IMG/VR virus record: IMGVR_UViG_3300002835_000007
Coordinates: 124,001-188,000 of that record
Length of the DNA stretch: 64,000 nt
Reading direction: 5' to 3' (one strand)
Below the pieces are notes generated by a model. The model worked only from the letters and a program-made list of their open reading frames with translations, did not search any database and had not been told where the DNA came from. Shown here in pieces: positions 49,444 to 59,555 of the stretch (positions are counted from its first letter, which is position 1; the number at the start of each line of letters is the position of its first letter). The position numbers and the translations under genes were made by a program.

Positions 49444-50033
49444 TATATTTTTTTCTTTGTTTGTAATTTACCTTCTTTTATCAGTAAATTTATTGTCTTT
49501 GCAATTGTGGTTTCTGTTATTCTTTTTTCGTAAGATTCTTTAAAGTATTCAGCAACCGCTTCCTTAACCATAGACTTTAACATGTTAGGGTCTATAGTCA
49601 TTTGTTGTTGGTAACTACCAGAAGATTCACGTAATGGAACACTTGGTGATTTAAATTTAGATTGTGGTTTTTCAACCAATTCACCTAAGTCTTCCAATGA
49701 AAAACTAGATGGTGGTCCTTGTAATTGTGGTATTGGATTTTTAATCATAGCCTCTTTTATCGCTTGAGGCAAATTTGAAGCCATTACTTGTTCAGCTGTA
49801 TACATTTGTGGTTGCATACTAGATGATGATTGTGGAGAAAATTGTTCATAAATTGGTTCTCTTTCATCTCTTTCATCATAAGCTGGTTGTTGATAACTAT
49901 CGTAGTCTTCTCTAACAGATTTATTACTAGATTTTATTGGAGTAGTGTTTTCTTCTACTTTGTTCATAACAGTTTTAGCCTTTGCTAAAATACTTTTAAG
50001 TGCTGCTAAATTAACTGGTGCTGGTGTATCCAT
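49443..50033 (-). CDS. Hypothetical protein
   Basis: 196 aa, Q/S/P-rich middle. Confidence 0.7.
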   Translation of the reverse strand: MDTPAPVNLAALKSILAKAKTVMNKVEENTTPIKSSNKSVREDYDSYQQPAYDERDEREPIYEQFSPQSSSSMQPQMYTAEQVMASNLPQAIKEAMIKNPIPQLQGPPSSFSLEDLGELVEKPQSKFKSPSVPLRESSGSYQQQMTIDPNMLKSMVKEAVAEYFKESYEKRITETTIAKTINLLIKEGKLQTKKKI

Positions 50034-50034
50034 A

Positions 50035-50826
50035 TTATACGTTATTTAGTTCATCTTTATTTTCTATATCATTATTTTCTATCTCACCATCTTGTGGTTC
50101 TTGAGTTTGTTTTTGTTGCAACTGTTTTTGTTGCAACTGTTTTTGTTGTTGTCTTTCTTTAAATTTATCAAACTCTACTTTTTGTAATTCTTTTTTCTCT
50201 ACGTCTTGTTGTTGTTGTGCTGCTTGTTGTCTATTACCAAAGTTTTGTTTTTGTTGTTGTAATCTTGCTTGTGTATCTTTTTCGGCTTTTTGTTTTTGTT
50301 TTTCTTTATTAGCTACAGTACTATCAGCGTATTGATATGAACCAAGAGCAGCAATTTTTTCTGTACTTTTCACAGATGGTGAATTATTACCAGTCTTATT
50401 AAATCTTGCAATTATCGGTGTACCATCTGCTCTATAACCAGAAGTATAAGGTTTTGGTTCTTGATAAAAAGGCACTTTTGAAACTTTAATATCACTCATT
50501 CTGTTCAAATCAAATTTTTTCCAACCAGTAGCACTACGTGCTTCATTTGATGGACTTGAAGATTTACCGTTTTTAGAAACTTGGTACGCATCAATTAATC
50601 CGTTATCAGCTGTTGAGACATTTCTTTGAGTTACTTGAACCCATCTATTAGAAACTTCACCATCTTTTCCTTGATAATTAAACGACACGTAATAAAATTT
50701 ACCTTGTTTGTTTGGGTCACCATTCAAAATATTATCAACATCACTAGTTGACACCGCTTCGTTTAGTTGTGTCAACCTAATGATTTCTTCTAATATAACT
50801 GATTGATATAGATTGTAAAGTTTCAT
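50035..50826 (-). CDS. WYL-like domain protein with Gln/Lys-rich tail
   Basis: VSFNYQGKDG..SNRWV, IDAYQ, GWKKFDLNRMSDI. Confidence 0.55.
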   Translation of the reverse strand: MKLYNLYQSVILEEIIRLTQLNEAVSTSDVDNILNGDPNKQGKFYYVSFNYQGKDGEVSNRWVQVTQRNVSTADNGLIDAYQVSKNGKSSSPSNEARSATGWKKFDLNRMSDIKVSKVPFYQEPKPYTSGYRADGTPIIARFNKTGNNSPSVKSTEKIAALGSYQYADSTVANKEKQKQKAEKDTQARLQQQKQNFGNRQQAAQQQQDVEKKELQKVEFDKFKERQQQKQLQQKQLQQKQTQEPQDGEIENNDIENKDELNNV

Positions 50827-50838
50827 TAATTATTTTTT

Positions 50839-51297
50839 TTAAAATATAATTTTTCCAGTGTTAAACGCTGTTAAGGAAGGTTTAGCATATTGAAAACCAA
50901 TACTAGGACCTGGAGTTGGACCAGGACCATAACCAAATGTGGTACTATTAAGTTGTAATTGTGCGTTACGTCCAGAATCCGTAATTCCTAAAACACCGTC
51001 TCTATCTTCTTTACTACCACCATCATAATTTAATCTAGCAACAACACCTTTATATGTGTTTGTAACGTCTATTTGTTGATTTGTACCTTTACCGTAACTA
51101 GGTGTTATTGTATCAGCTTTAGCGTTTGTATGTGTTAGACTATATATACCACCAAACATACCAGTAATGGCTGGATTTTTGTAAGGGCCAACATATACTT
51201 TACCAGTACCAACTTTAGATTGTTGAATTAACCATAAACGTTGAGCTATTGCTGCTTTTTCTAACGGAGTTTGACCGTAAATATAAGGAGTTGGCAT
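50839..51297 (-). CDS. Hypothetical protein, paralog A
   Basis: MPTPYIYGQTPLEK...RLWLIQQSKVGTGK. Confidence 0.75.
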   Translation of the reverse strand: MPTPYIYGQTPLEKAAIAQRLWLIQQSKVGTGKVYVGPYKNPAITGMFGGIYSLTHTNAKADTITPSYGKGTNQQIDVTNTYKGVVARLNYDGGSKEDRDGVLGITDSGRNAQLQLNSTTFGYGPGPTPGPSIGFQYAKPSLTAFNTGKIIF

Positions 51298-51303
51298 ATA
51301 TTA

Positions 51304-51780
51304 TTAAATAATATTTACTTGTCCTTTATTAGCTGTCATATCTGGTTGTTTATCGTACTCTTTGTAATTTAATACTTTAGTACCATATCCCCATGTAGTA
51401 GAGTTTAAAAGTTGTTGTTTTTCTCTACCAAGTCCACCATTAGTTACATTTCCTTTTATATCTTCTAAACTACCACCAGCATAATTAATTCTAGCAGTAA
51501 CACCTTTATATGTGTCTACAACATCAATTTGGTTACCAGTACCTTTACCTAAATAAGGTGATACTGTGTCAGCTTTAGCGTTTGTATGTGTTACACTATA
51601 TTTATCACCTTGATTACCAGTAATATCTGGGTTTTTATATGGTCCAGCATATGGGTATTTACCAGTACCAACTTTAGATTGTTGAATTAACCAAAGTCTA
51701 CCAGAGTTACCATATGATGGATTACCATTTATTGCGAATTTTTCTAACGGAGTTTGACCGTAAATGTAAGGAGTTGGCAT
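51304..51780 (-). CDS. Hypothetical protein, paralog B
   Basis: MPTPYIYGQTPLEK...RLWLIQQSKVGTGK. Confidence 0.75.
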   Translation of the reverse strand: MPTPYIYGQTPLEKFAINGNPSYGNSGRLWLIQQSKVGTGKYPYAGPYKNPDITGNQGDKYSVTHTNAKADTVSPYLGKGTGNQIDVVDTYKGVTARINYAGGSLEDIKGNVTNGGLGREKQQLLNSTTWGYGTKVLNYKEYDKQPDMTANKGQVNII

Positions 51781-51784
51781 AATT

Positions 51785-52207
51785 TTATAAATTTATTTTT
51801 TTGTTATTGTTATTCATGTACTCTATTAAATATTTCATTGTTGAAATTTCTTCCTTTAAAGCGTCAGAAATAGATAAAATAGTACCGTTTTTATCATGAC
51901 TTTTTTTAGCAACATTAGGTGTTGGTACTTCTGTAGGGTTTTTTTCCTTTTGATGAACGTTTTTTGGACTAGTAACGTCTTGAACATTTCTTTTTAATTC
52001 GTCTTTTTTTTGTTCTTGGTGAACTAAGTTTTCGACTTCTCTTAATCTATTTTCACCACCTAATCTATTATATTCAGAACAATTTTTCTGTACTTCACAT
52101 AACTCTTTAGCTTGTTTTAAACGTGTTTCTTCAGTAGCATAAGCTTTATACTTCTTTGTTTCGTTGTCTATAGTTAAATTATTATCTTTTATTGCTCTGT
52201 TAGCCAT
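51785..52207 (-). CDS. Hypothetical protein
   Basis: 140 aa ORF. Confidence 0.7.
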   Translation of the reverse strand: MANRAIKDNNLTIDNETKKYKAYATEETRLKQAKELCEVQKNCSEYNRLGGENRLREVENLVHQEQKKDELKRNVQDVTSPKNVHQKEKNPTEVPTPNVAKKSHDKNGTILSISDALKEEISTMKYLIEYMNNNNKKINL

Positions 52208-52208
52208 G

Positions 52209-52700
52209 TTAAATGTTTTTTGTTTTTGAAGGGTTATTCTTTTTGTCTTCTAAAGCTTTTAACAATTGTTCTATTTGTTCTTCAGATAATTCTAAATCAG
52301 AAATTTTATCCATAACTTTTTCAACATCTGGGTTATAGTTTTTAGGTTTTACATCTGAATCTTTACCTTTTTTTACTAAGTCTTCAATTAATTCTTCAAT
52401 ATTTTCTTTTGTTAAAATGTTTTTTTTATTTTCAGATAAACCATAATTAAGTGTAATACCACCAGTTCTAATACCACCAAAGCTGTAAACAGCAAACCAT
52501 GGAATATTTTGTCTATATCTACCAAAAACTACATCAGTAAATGTTGAAATACCCTTTTCGTAAGTAGAATCGTCATTATAAGGTTTTTCAATAGGTCCAG
52601 TTTGTATTTCTCTATTGCCTATGATGTTTATATCACTTCCGCTGCTAGTGAAATCACCACCTACTAATTCATCTAATTGTTTTTTAGTTATTCTTTTCAT
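52209..52700 (-). CDS. Hypothetical protein
   Basis: 163 aa ORF; TATTTATA 22 nt upstream. Confidence 0.7.
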   Translation of the reverse strand: MKRITKKQLDELVGGDFTSSGSDINIIGNREIQTGPIEKPYNDDSTYEKGISTFTDVVFGRYRQNIPWFAVYSFGGIRTGGITLNYGLSENKKNILTKENIEELIEDLVKKGKDSDVKPKNYNPDVEKVMDKISDLELSEEQIEQLLKALEDKKNNPSKTKNI

Positions 52701-52710
52701 AAAAAATCTT

Positions 52711-52746
52711 TATTTATAAATATATTCATTTCTTTTAATATTTATA
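52711..52746. promoter_or_regulatory. Divergent promoter region
   Basis: Palindromic TATTTATAAATA at 52711-52722 plus TATTTATA at 52739. Confidence 0.55.
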
Positions 52747-52760
52747 ATAAAAAGAATAAA

Positions 52761-55700
52761 ATGAGTGGATTTAGAACAAAATTAGATTTTTCAGACAATA
52801 GACAAGCAAAACAAAGACCTATAACTAGAACAGTTTTATCTGGTGGTACGTCATTTGGTTTACCTTTTAATTTGTTACCTAGTGGACCAAATTTAACAAC
52901 TAGTGCTATTACTGGAAATTATACTTATATAGCAAGTACGTTTTCTGGTAATAATACAACAACAGTTTATAATTGGTCAGACCCAAGAATGCAATTAGGT
53001 GTTTCAGCTTTATCTGCGTTAACTTCATCAACATCTGGTTTAACACAAAATACTGGTGCTGTTTGGACACCTAATACAACAACAGTAATCGATGGGAACA
53101 CAGTTGCTTTGACTTATTCTGGTGTTAATTTTGACATTTCAGTAGTAACAATAGCACAATTAACTCCATCAACATATAGTGGTACTATAACAACAAATAA
53201 CTTTGATGTTTATACTGCTTCAACGTTAGATTATACTGGTAGAACAATATGGGTTGATGTTTCTGGTATAACTAGAACTGAAAAATTAATAATTTCAGAT
53301 AATCCACAAGTTGGATATGTTTGGACTTGTTTGGATTCAGAAGGTATGGGTGGTTGGGTTTTTAATTCAAGTGCCACAACAGCAACAATATGGACTGCTG
53401 GTACTGGTGCTAATTCAGCTGTATTAGGTGGTTCTAATGGTATTGCCAGTGGTTCTACTTCTGTATCTGAAGGTGTTAATACAAGAGCTGGTGGTATAGC
53501 TTCACACGCTGAAGGTGGTGGTACACAAGCGTTAGGTGATTTGTCTCATGCTGAAGGTGAAGATACAATAGCTAGTAATACAGCAGCACATGCTGAAGGT
53601 GTTAATACAATTGCAAGTGGTGTTTATTCACATGCTGAAGGTAGTAATACAATAGCTAGTAATGCTAGAAGTCATGCTGAAGGTTATTTATCAATAGCAA
53701 GTGGTGTTGTTTCTCACGCTGAAGGTGAGAGTACAACCGCAAGTGGTGGTAATTCGCATGCTGAAGGTCATAGTACAATAGCGAGTGGAAATACATCACA
53801 TGCTGAAGGTGGTAATACGGTAGCTGGTGGTGGTTATTCACATGCTGAAGGAAAAGATACAATAGCTAGTGGTTATAGAAGTCATGCTGAAGGTAATATT
53901 ACTATTGCAAGTGGTGATACATCACATGCTGAGGGTTCTGGTTCGATAGCTGGTGGTGATAGTTCGCATGCCGAAGGTTCTAATACAATAGCTTCTGCGT
54001 CTCAATCACATGCTGAAGGTTCTAGTACAATCGCAAGTGGTTCTACATCACACGCTGAGGGTCAAAATACAATAGCTGGTGGTAGTGTATCTCACGCTGA
54101 AGGTAGTGGTACAATAGCTAGTGGGTTTGCATCCCATGCTGAGGGTAGTGACACAATAGCGTATGGTACAAATTCACACGCTGGTGGTTATAGTTCACGT
54201 ACTGACAGTAATTATAGTTTTATTCATTCGAATCAATCAGTTATATCTAGTGGGGGTGAAAACAGTTATATTTTAGGTGGTAAAGAGAATTATATAGAAT
54301 TATCCGATTATTCTGGTATTTTAGGTGGTAGATATAATATTTTAGGTATAGCTCAACCAGGTTTTAACGCAAATGCTGAAAATTCTTTTATTGGTGGTGG
54401 TTATTCCAATATTATTTATGAGGCAACAAATAACTCAACAATATTGGGTGGTAGAGAGAATGAAATACATAAATATAGTAATGACTCAGCTATAGTTGGT
54501 GGTCGTAATAATGAGATATCTGGTGGTTCGATTAGTTCTGGTATTTTTGTTGGTACTGGTAATACAATATCTAATATTTCTAAATACGCTGCAATCATTG
54601 CTGGTCGAAACAATACAATTTCTGGTCACTCAAATTCAGTAATAGTTGGAGGTTTTAATAACTTTATTGATTTCTGTTTAAATAACTATGGTGATTCATC
54701 TAATGAATCTATAATTGGTGGTGCTAATAATTCAATTTATGTTGCTGATAATTCATTTATTGCTGGTGGTAATAATAACTTAATTGATGGTAGAACAGCT
54801 GGTATAGGTAGTGTTAGTAGTTTTATACTAGGTGGTGTGAATTGTTCTGCTTTTACTAGTGTTCGTTCTGGTATAATTGGTGGTCTTAATAATAGTATAA
54901 AACCTTCTTATTGTAGTTATGTTTCAAGTTCAATTATTATTGGTGGTGAGGAAAATGAATATAATCCTAGTACCAGTCTTATTAGTGGTAGTGGTGCTAG
55001 AGTTACAATTATTGGTGGGTATCAAAATAAAGTAACTGGTGAAGGTGTTTCTGATGTTTCAATATTTGGTGGATATAAGAATCTTTATACTAGTCATGTT
55101 GGTAATGGTGGCAATGCTAATACTATTGTAGGTGGGTCTGGGAATACTATGAATAGTAGGTCCACTTATTTTGGTCAAGACATATCTTATGCTAGTATTT
55201 TAGGTGGTGCTGGAAATAATATATCTTCTGATGTTAGTGTTGCTTCAGTATTACAATTATCTAGTTATTCTAATATAACTGGTGGTTTTGAAAACACTAT
55301 AACTGGTAGTTCTAATTCGTTTATTGGTGGTGGTACTGGAAATGTTATTAAAGACGCTGCAAATGATTCAGTAATATTAGGTGGTAAACTAAACAGTATC
55401 GAAAGAGGATTTGCTAATTATGCTACTACTATTAGTTCAGCAATAATTGCTGGGTCTGGTAATACAATTAATGGTCATTTTTATTCAGCTATATTGGCTG
55501 GTATGGGTAATACTATACATTTTGATTTAGCTGGAACTGAAGGAAAGAGTAATGAAACTATTTTAGGTGGTGCTTTTAATACTATATCTGCATCAACATC
55601 TTCTAGTATCGTTGGAGGGACATATAATGAAATACAAAATTACACTTCGTCAATTATTTTAGGTGGATTACGTAATAGATTGCTTGATTTTAGTACTGAC

Positions 55701-57596
55701 ACCATTTATAATTCTGGTACTGGTGGTGACAATGTTGATGGTAATGATGTGACAAACTTTAGCACAATAATTGGTGGTGTTGATAACACAATTACTGGTA
55801 AAACTGCTCATTGTACAATTTTAGGAGGGTCTGGTAATACAATAAATGGTCATGCTACTTCTAATACAAATTATAATTCAGCTATAATTGGTGGTAGAAG
55901 AAATGTTATTAACCAATATGTTAGTAGAAGCGTTATTTTAGGTGGTAGTGATATTACAGCGACAACAAGTGATTATGTTTATGTACCTAATTTAATTGTT
56001 AATAGTGGCGGTACAGCATCTAAATTAGGTATAAATACAAAAACACCAGAATATGTTATTGATGCTAGAGCTAATAATGCTAGACTTGTTTTGGCTGATA
56101 TTTACACTGGTGATGATTTACCTTTTAAGAGTTTTGTTTTTTCAGCTAATAGTACCAACGTACCACAAATAGCGGCTGCTACTAATAGTTATTTAGGTGG
56201 TTTTGGGTTATCTTTACAAATGGGTGTTTTGGGTGATGATTCAATATCAACAGCCACTTCAGAATTGGTTGGACTTTCTGGTGATACATATTTAAGTTCA
56301 TCACAAAAAACAAACAACTTAAACATCATTAATAGAAGTGGTGGTAGTGGTACTAACAATATAAGAATGTATGCTGGTATAAATAGTGTTAGTGCAGCAG
56401 CAGTACCAGATTTTCAGATTCAAGGTGATGGTACAAATAGAGGTTATATTGGTATTCAAACTGGTAATCCACAATATTTGATTGATGCTAGAGGAACTGG
56501 AAATAGATTATTTTATAGTAGTACTGGTGTAGGTAATATAACTCTTTCAGCAACAACTGGTCTACCAAGTGTTGGAGTGGTTGCTGGTACAGCTAATACC
56601 GCAAATAAATTAGCTTCGATAAGTATGGGTGCTAGAGCTTGGGATGATGCTATATATACAGTATATGGTTATCAAGGTGATGCATTCATATATGCTGGTA
56701 TTTTTACAAATGGGTTAAATATTATTTCAAATGATGGTTCAACATCTGGTACTGGTGCTGATTATATTAGATTCTATGCTGGTCAAACTTCTGGTGCTGG
56801 TGCTTCTAATAACCCAGATTTACATATACAAGGTTCTGGTTCATCTAGAGGTTATGTTGCTATTAATGTACCTCACAATCAAGACCCTACACAAAGATTA
56901 GATGTTAATGGTAACGCTAGATTTAGAGGTGTTGGTTCGTCAGCTTCAGCTGGTGCATTACATTATACTTCTGATGGTACATTAACTACAAATACATCAG
57001 ACGAAAGATTAAAAACAAACATTGAAACACTTACTAATGCGTTGGATAAAGTAAATCAATTAAGAGGTGTAAAATATAATTGGACTGAAGAACCGAATGG
57101 TGATGTTAGGATAGGTTTAATAGCACAAGAAGTTAATAGTATAGTTCCAGAGTTAACTTTTGTGAATAAAAACACAGAAGAAGAATATATGGGTGTGCAT
57201 TATGATAATGTAGTTGCTTTATTAATCGAGGCAGTAAAAGAATTATCGTCTGGTGTTACAACATCAAATAATACTCATTTAGAAACACAAACAATATTAG
57301 CTGAAGATAATAACATTGAATTAAATTTCAATGGAACGCAAGAAACATCATTAGGTGGTGGTTTAAGTGTATTACATGCAAAAGGTCAAGACCAATCAGC
57401 TGATTTGATAACTGATGCTAACGGTAATTTCATCACAAACAACGATTTTAAACCTAATGCATTAACAATACCTTTATACACACCAACATCATCTAACGAT
57501 ACTGCTGGTAGTGAAGGTAACATAACGAGAGATGATAACTATATGTACGTTAAAACTAGTACTGGTTGGAAAAGAACTAATTTAGAAAACTTCTAA
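52761..57596 (+). CDS. Tail fibre/adhesin with SHAEG (YadA/Hep_Hag-like) repeats, GG.N.I repeats and peptidase S74 chaperone
   Basis: About 17 14-aa SHAEGxxTIASG repeats; TSDERLKTNI..L.NALDKV.QLRGV.Y.W, GLIAQEV; start probably 52761, not 52677. Confidence 0.85.
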   Translation: MSGFRTKLDFSDNRQAKQRPITRTVLSGGTSFGLPFNLLPSGPNLTTSAITGNYTYIASTFSGNNTTTVYNWSDPRMQLGVSALSALTSSTSGLTQNTGAVWTPNTTTVIDGNTVALTYSGVNFDISVVTIAQLTPSTYSGTITTNNFDVYTASTLDYTGRTIWVDVSGITRTEKLIISDNPQVGYVWTCLDSEGMGGWVFNSSATTATIWTAGTGANSAVLGGSNGIASGSTSVSEGVNTRAGGIASHAEGGGTQALGDLSHAEGEDTIASNTAAHAEGVNTIASGVYSHAEGSNTIASNARSHAEGYLSIASGVVSHAEGESTTASGGNSHAEGHSTIASGNTSHAEGGNTVAGGGYSHAEGKDTIASGYRSHAEGNITIASGDTSHAEGSGSIAGGDSSHAEGSNTIASASQSHAEGSSTIASGSTSHAEGQNTIAGGSVSHAEGSGTIASGFASHAEGSDTIAYGTNSHAGGYSSRTDSNYSFIHSNQSVISSGGENSYILGGKENYIELSDYSGILGGRYNILGIAQPGFNANAENSFIGGGYSNIIYEATNNSTILGGRENEIHKYSNDSAIVGGRNNEISGGSISSGIFVGTGNTISNISKYAAIIAGRNNTISGHSNSVIVGGFNNFIDFCLNNYGDSSNESIIGGANNSIYVADNSFIAGGNNNLIDGRTAGIGSVSSFILGGVNCSAFTSVRSGIIGGLNNSIKPSYCSYVSSSIIIGGEENEYNPSTSLISGSGARVTIIGGYQNKVTGEGVSDVSIFGGYKNLYTSHVGNGGNANTIVGGSGNTMNSRSTYFGQDISYASILGGAGNNISSDVSVASVLQLSSYSNITGGFENTITGSSNSFIGGGTGNVIKDAANDSVILGGKLNSIERGFANYATTISSAIIAGSGNTINGHFYSAILAGMGNTIHFDLAGTEGKSNETILGGAFNTISASTSSSIVGGTYNEIQNYTSSIILGGLRNRLLDFSTDTIYNSGTGGDNVDGNDVTNFSTIIGGVDNTITGKTAHCTILGGSGNTINGHATSNTNYNSAIIGGRRNVINQYVSRSVILGGSDITATTSDYVYVPNLIVNSGGTASKLGINTKTPEYVIDARANNARLVLADIYTGDDLPFKSFVFSANSTNVPQIAAATNSYLGGFGLSLQMGVLGDDSISTATSELVGLSGDTYLSSSQKTNNLNIINRSGGSGTNNIRMYAGINSVSAAAVPDFQIQGDGTNRGYIGIQTGNPQYLIDARGTGNRLFYSSTGVGNITLSATTGLPSVGVVAGTANTANKLASISMGARAWDDAIYTVYGYQGDAFIYAGIFTNGLNIISNDGSTSGTGADYIRFYAGQTSGAGASNNPDLHIQGSGSSRGYVAINVPHNQDPTQRLDVNGNARFRGVGSSASAGALHYTSDGTLTTNTSDERLKTNIETLTNALDKVNQLRGVKYNWTEEPNGDVRIGLIAQEVNSIVPELTFVNKNTEEEYMGVHYDNVVALLIEAVKELSSGVTTSNNTHLETQTILAEDNNIELNFNGTQETSLGGGLSVLHAKGQDQSADLITDANGNFITNNDFKPNALTIPLYTPTSSNDTAGSEGNITRDDNYMYVKTSTGWKRTNLENF

Positions 57597-59491
57597 TGGG
57601 AAATATTAAAAACTTCAATTTTAACAAATTAGATTTAAAATTATCAAATTCTGATTACTGGGATTTTATAATAACATCTGATGATTATAACGCTTGTGGT
57701 GCTGGTGGTGGAGGTGGTGCTGGTTGTGGAGCAGCAGTTAACTTTAATTTTGGTAAAATAGAAACATTTAAAAATAGTGCACATACTTCAACAACAATAA
57801 TTAGTTTATCTACTTGGTCTGGTGCTATAAATACTGGTTATACATTTGATACTTTTGGTTTAACTGGTATTGATAATGGGTATGTGACTTTTGAAAGGAA
57901 CACTGGTGATACTACAAATCAAACACTAGTTGAAGCTTTGACTGGAAGTACTTTAATTTTGGAAAAAGACAACAAAAAAATGTTTATGAATAAAGTTACT
58001 GGTACTACTGAAGAATACGATTATACAACATATGCTGTTACTGGTGTTACTAACCCTTTTGTTCAATTTTGTGGTGGGTTTTATCAAGGTTTTTATAAAA
58101 TAGATGGATATGATTACGAAGTTTTACCAGTAAGAATGAATATAGGATGGTCATCTGAATTCGTATTGAATCCAAATTTTCAAGAATATCCAGGTGAGTG
58201 TCATAATTCTAATTCCAAAATATTAAATCAAGATTTCCCAAATAATAAAGGATTTTTCTTCTATATGGGTACTAGAGCTGAAAATAAATTTTGGAATGTA
58301 TGGGAAGGTGCTGATACTGGATGTACTAGCACATGTGTAGTACCTACTGGTTGTACTGATACATTAAGTCCATGGTGTACACCTATAAAAGAAACTGATG
58401 TTAGAATTATAGGAGATTACGGTATTGCAATACCATTGTCGCCACCGCCAGTACAGATAGATTTAATCACAAATCAATTTTTAATTTATGGTAGGTCAAC
58501 GTGTAAACCACATGAAAGATTATCTGGTGATTCAGCATCTTTTTTAATTGATGAGTTTGGAGAATATATTGTTACTGAAAAAGATGAAAAAATTATTGTT
58601 TCGGAATCAACTAGATTTTTAATATTAAATAATGATTCAACTGAAATAAGTTCGTCTTGTGGTAGATGTGGTTGTAACCCATGTTCTAGTGGTTGCGATG
58701 GGTTAGGAACTCAAACCGCATGTTCGTATGACGGAAAAGGTATTGTTGTTGTTAAAAACACAAAAAGAGTAACCAATACTCAAAACCCATTTTTAATTTA
58801 TGGTAGAGCTGCTAGTAATAAATGTAATTGTTATTCGTGCAGCGGTGAAAGTGATGGGTTAGGAAGAGACACTGTTTGTACTTTTAGCGGTTTTACATCT
58901 GATATTACGGAATTAAATAATCAAATAGACGTTATTGATAATGCTATAGGTTTTAGAGTAAAAGATGATGGTAGTATTGGTTATAGATTATTAACTTATA
59001 CTGGTCAATGTGTTACCGCTAGTACTGGTGTCGTATCTTATGTTACTGGTGCCACAATTGAAGAGGGTTATTCAGCACCAAATACTGTCCCAGAAGACAT
59101 GTGGACACATGTGGTAATTAAATATGAATCACAAGATTATTTAGATGATTGTGACTTAAAAATAGCAAAACCAAGAAAGGGTAGATTATCTTTTTATATT
59201 AACAGTAAATTAATTTATTGGGTAGATGAATTTGATGAATTTATCGCTAAAAGACTAAACGAATATAAAGATAAACAAGTAGGTGTTCCGTTTAATTTTA
59301 GTTTAGGTGGTGGGTCTCAAGGGTTATTAGAGAGTCAAACTTTTGATGGGTTAGATTTTAACGATAGAGGGTTATTAATTGAAGAAAATTTTGCTGGAAC
59401 ATTCATTGGTAAAATATCTAAATTTAAATTCTATGTTTGTCCATTAAGCTATGAAGGTATAGTTGAAAAATATGGTGACATGTGGAATTAA
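57596..59491 (+). CDS. Putative virion protein, Cys-rich, possible LamG/ConA-like C-terminus
   Basis: Cys clusters; WTHVVI, L.FYIN.KL, F.G.ISKFKFY. Confidence 0.6.
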   Translation: MGNIKNFNFNKLDLKLSNSDYWDFIITSDDYNACGAGGGGGAGCGAAVNFNFGKIETFKNSAHTSTTIISLSTWSGAINTGYTFDTFGLTGIDNGYVTFERNTGDTTNQTLVEALTGSTLILEKDNKKMFMNKVTGTTEEYDYTTYAVTGVTNPFVQFCGGFYQGFYKIDGYDYEVLPVRMNIGWSSEFVLNPNFQEYPGECHNSNSKILNQDFPNNKGFFFYMGTRAENKFWNVWEGADTGCTSTCVVPTGCTDTLSPWCTPIKETDVRIIGDYGIAIPLSPPPVQIDLITNQFLIYGRSTCKPHERLSGDSASFLIDEFGEYIVTEKDEKIIVSESTRFLILNNDSTEISSSCGRCGCNPCSSGCDGLGTQTACSYDGKGIVVVKNTKRVTNTQNPFLIYGRAASNKCNCYSCSGESDGLGRDTVCTFSGFTSDITELNNQIDVIDNAIGFRVKDDGSIGYRLLTYTGQCVTASTGVVSYVTGATIEEGYSAPNTVPEDMWTHVVIKYESQDYLDDCDLKIAKPRKGRLSFYINSKLIYWVDEFDEFIAKRLNEYKDKQVGVPFNFSLGGGSQGLLESQTFDGLDFNDRGLLIEENFAGTFIGKISKFKFYVCPLSYEGIVEKYGDMWN

Positions 59492-59555
59492 TTAATTAAT
59501 AATTGAATATGCTATACAAAGTAAAATTTTATCATATTTATTAAAAAACGTAAAA

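Noticed and set aside
52677-52760. Track start for the 1639 aa ORF
   Set aside because: It overlaps the divergent gene and promoter region; ATG 52761 with an A-rich leader and TATTTATA is more plausible.
53500-54190. 42-bp periodic repeats (catgctgaagg) as a possible CRISPR array
   Set aside because: They are in-frame degenerate codon repeats of SHAEG in a fibre protein, not identical repeats with unique spacers.
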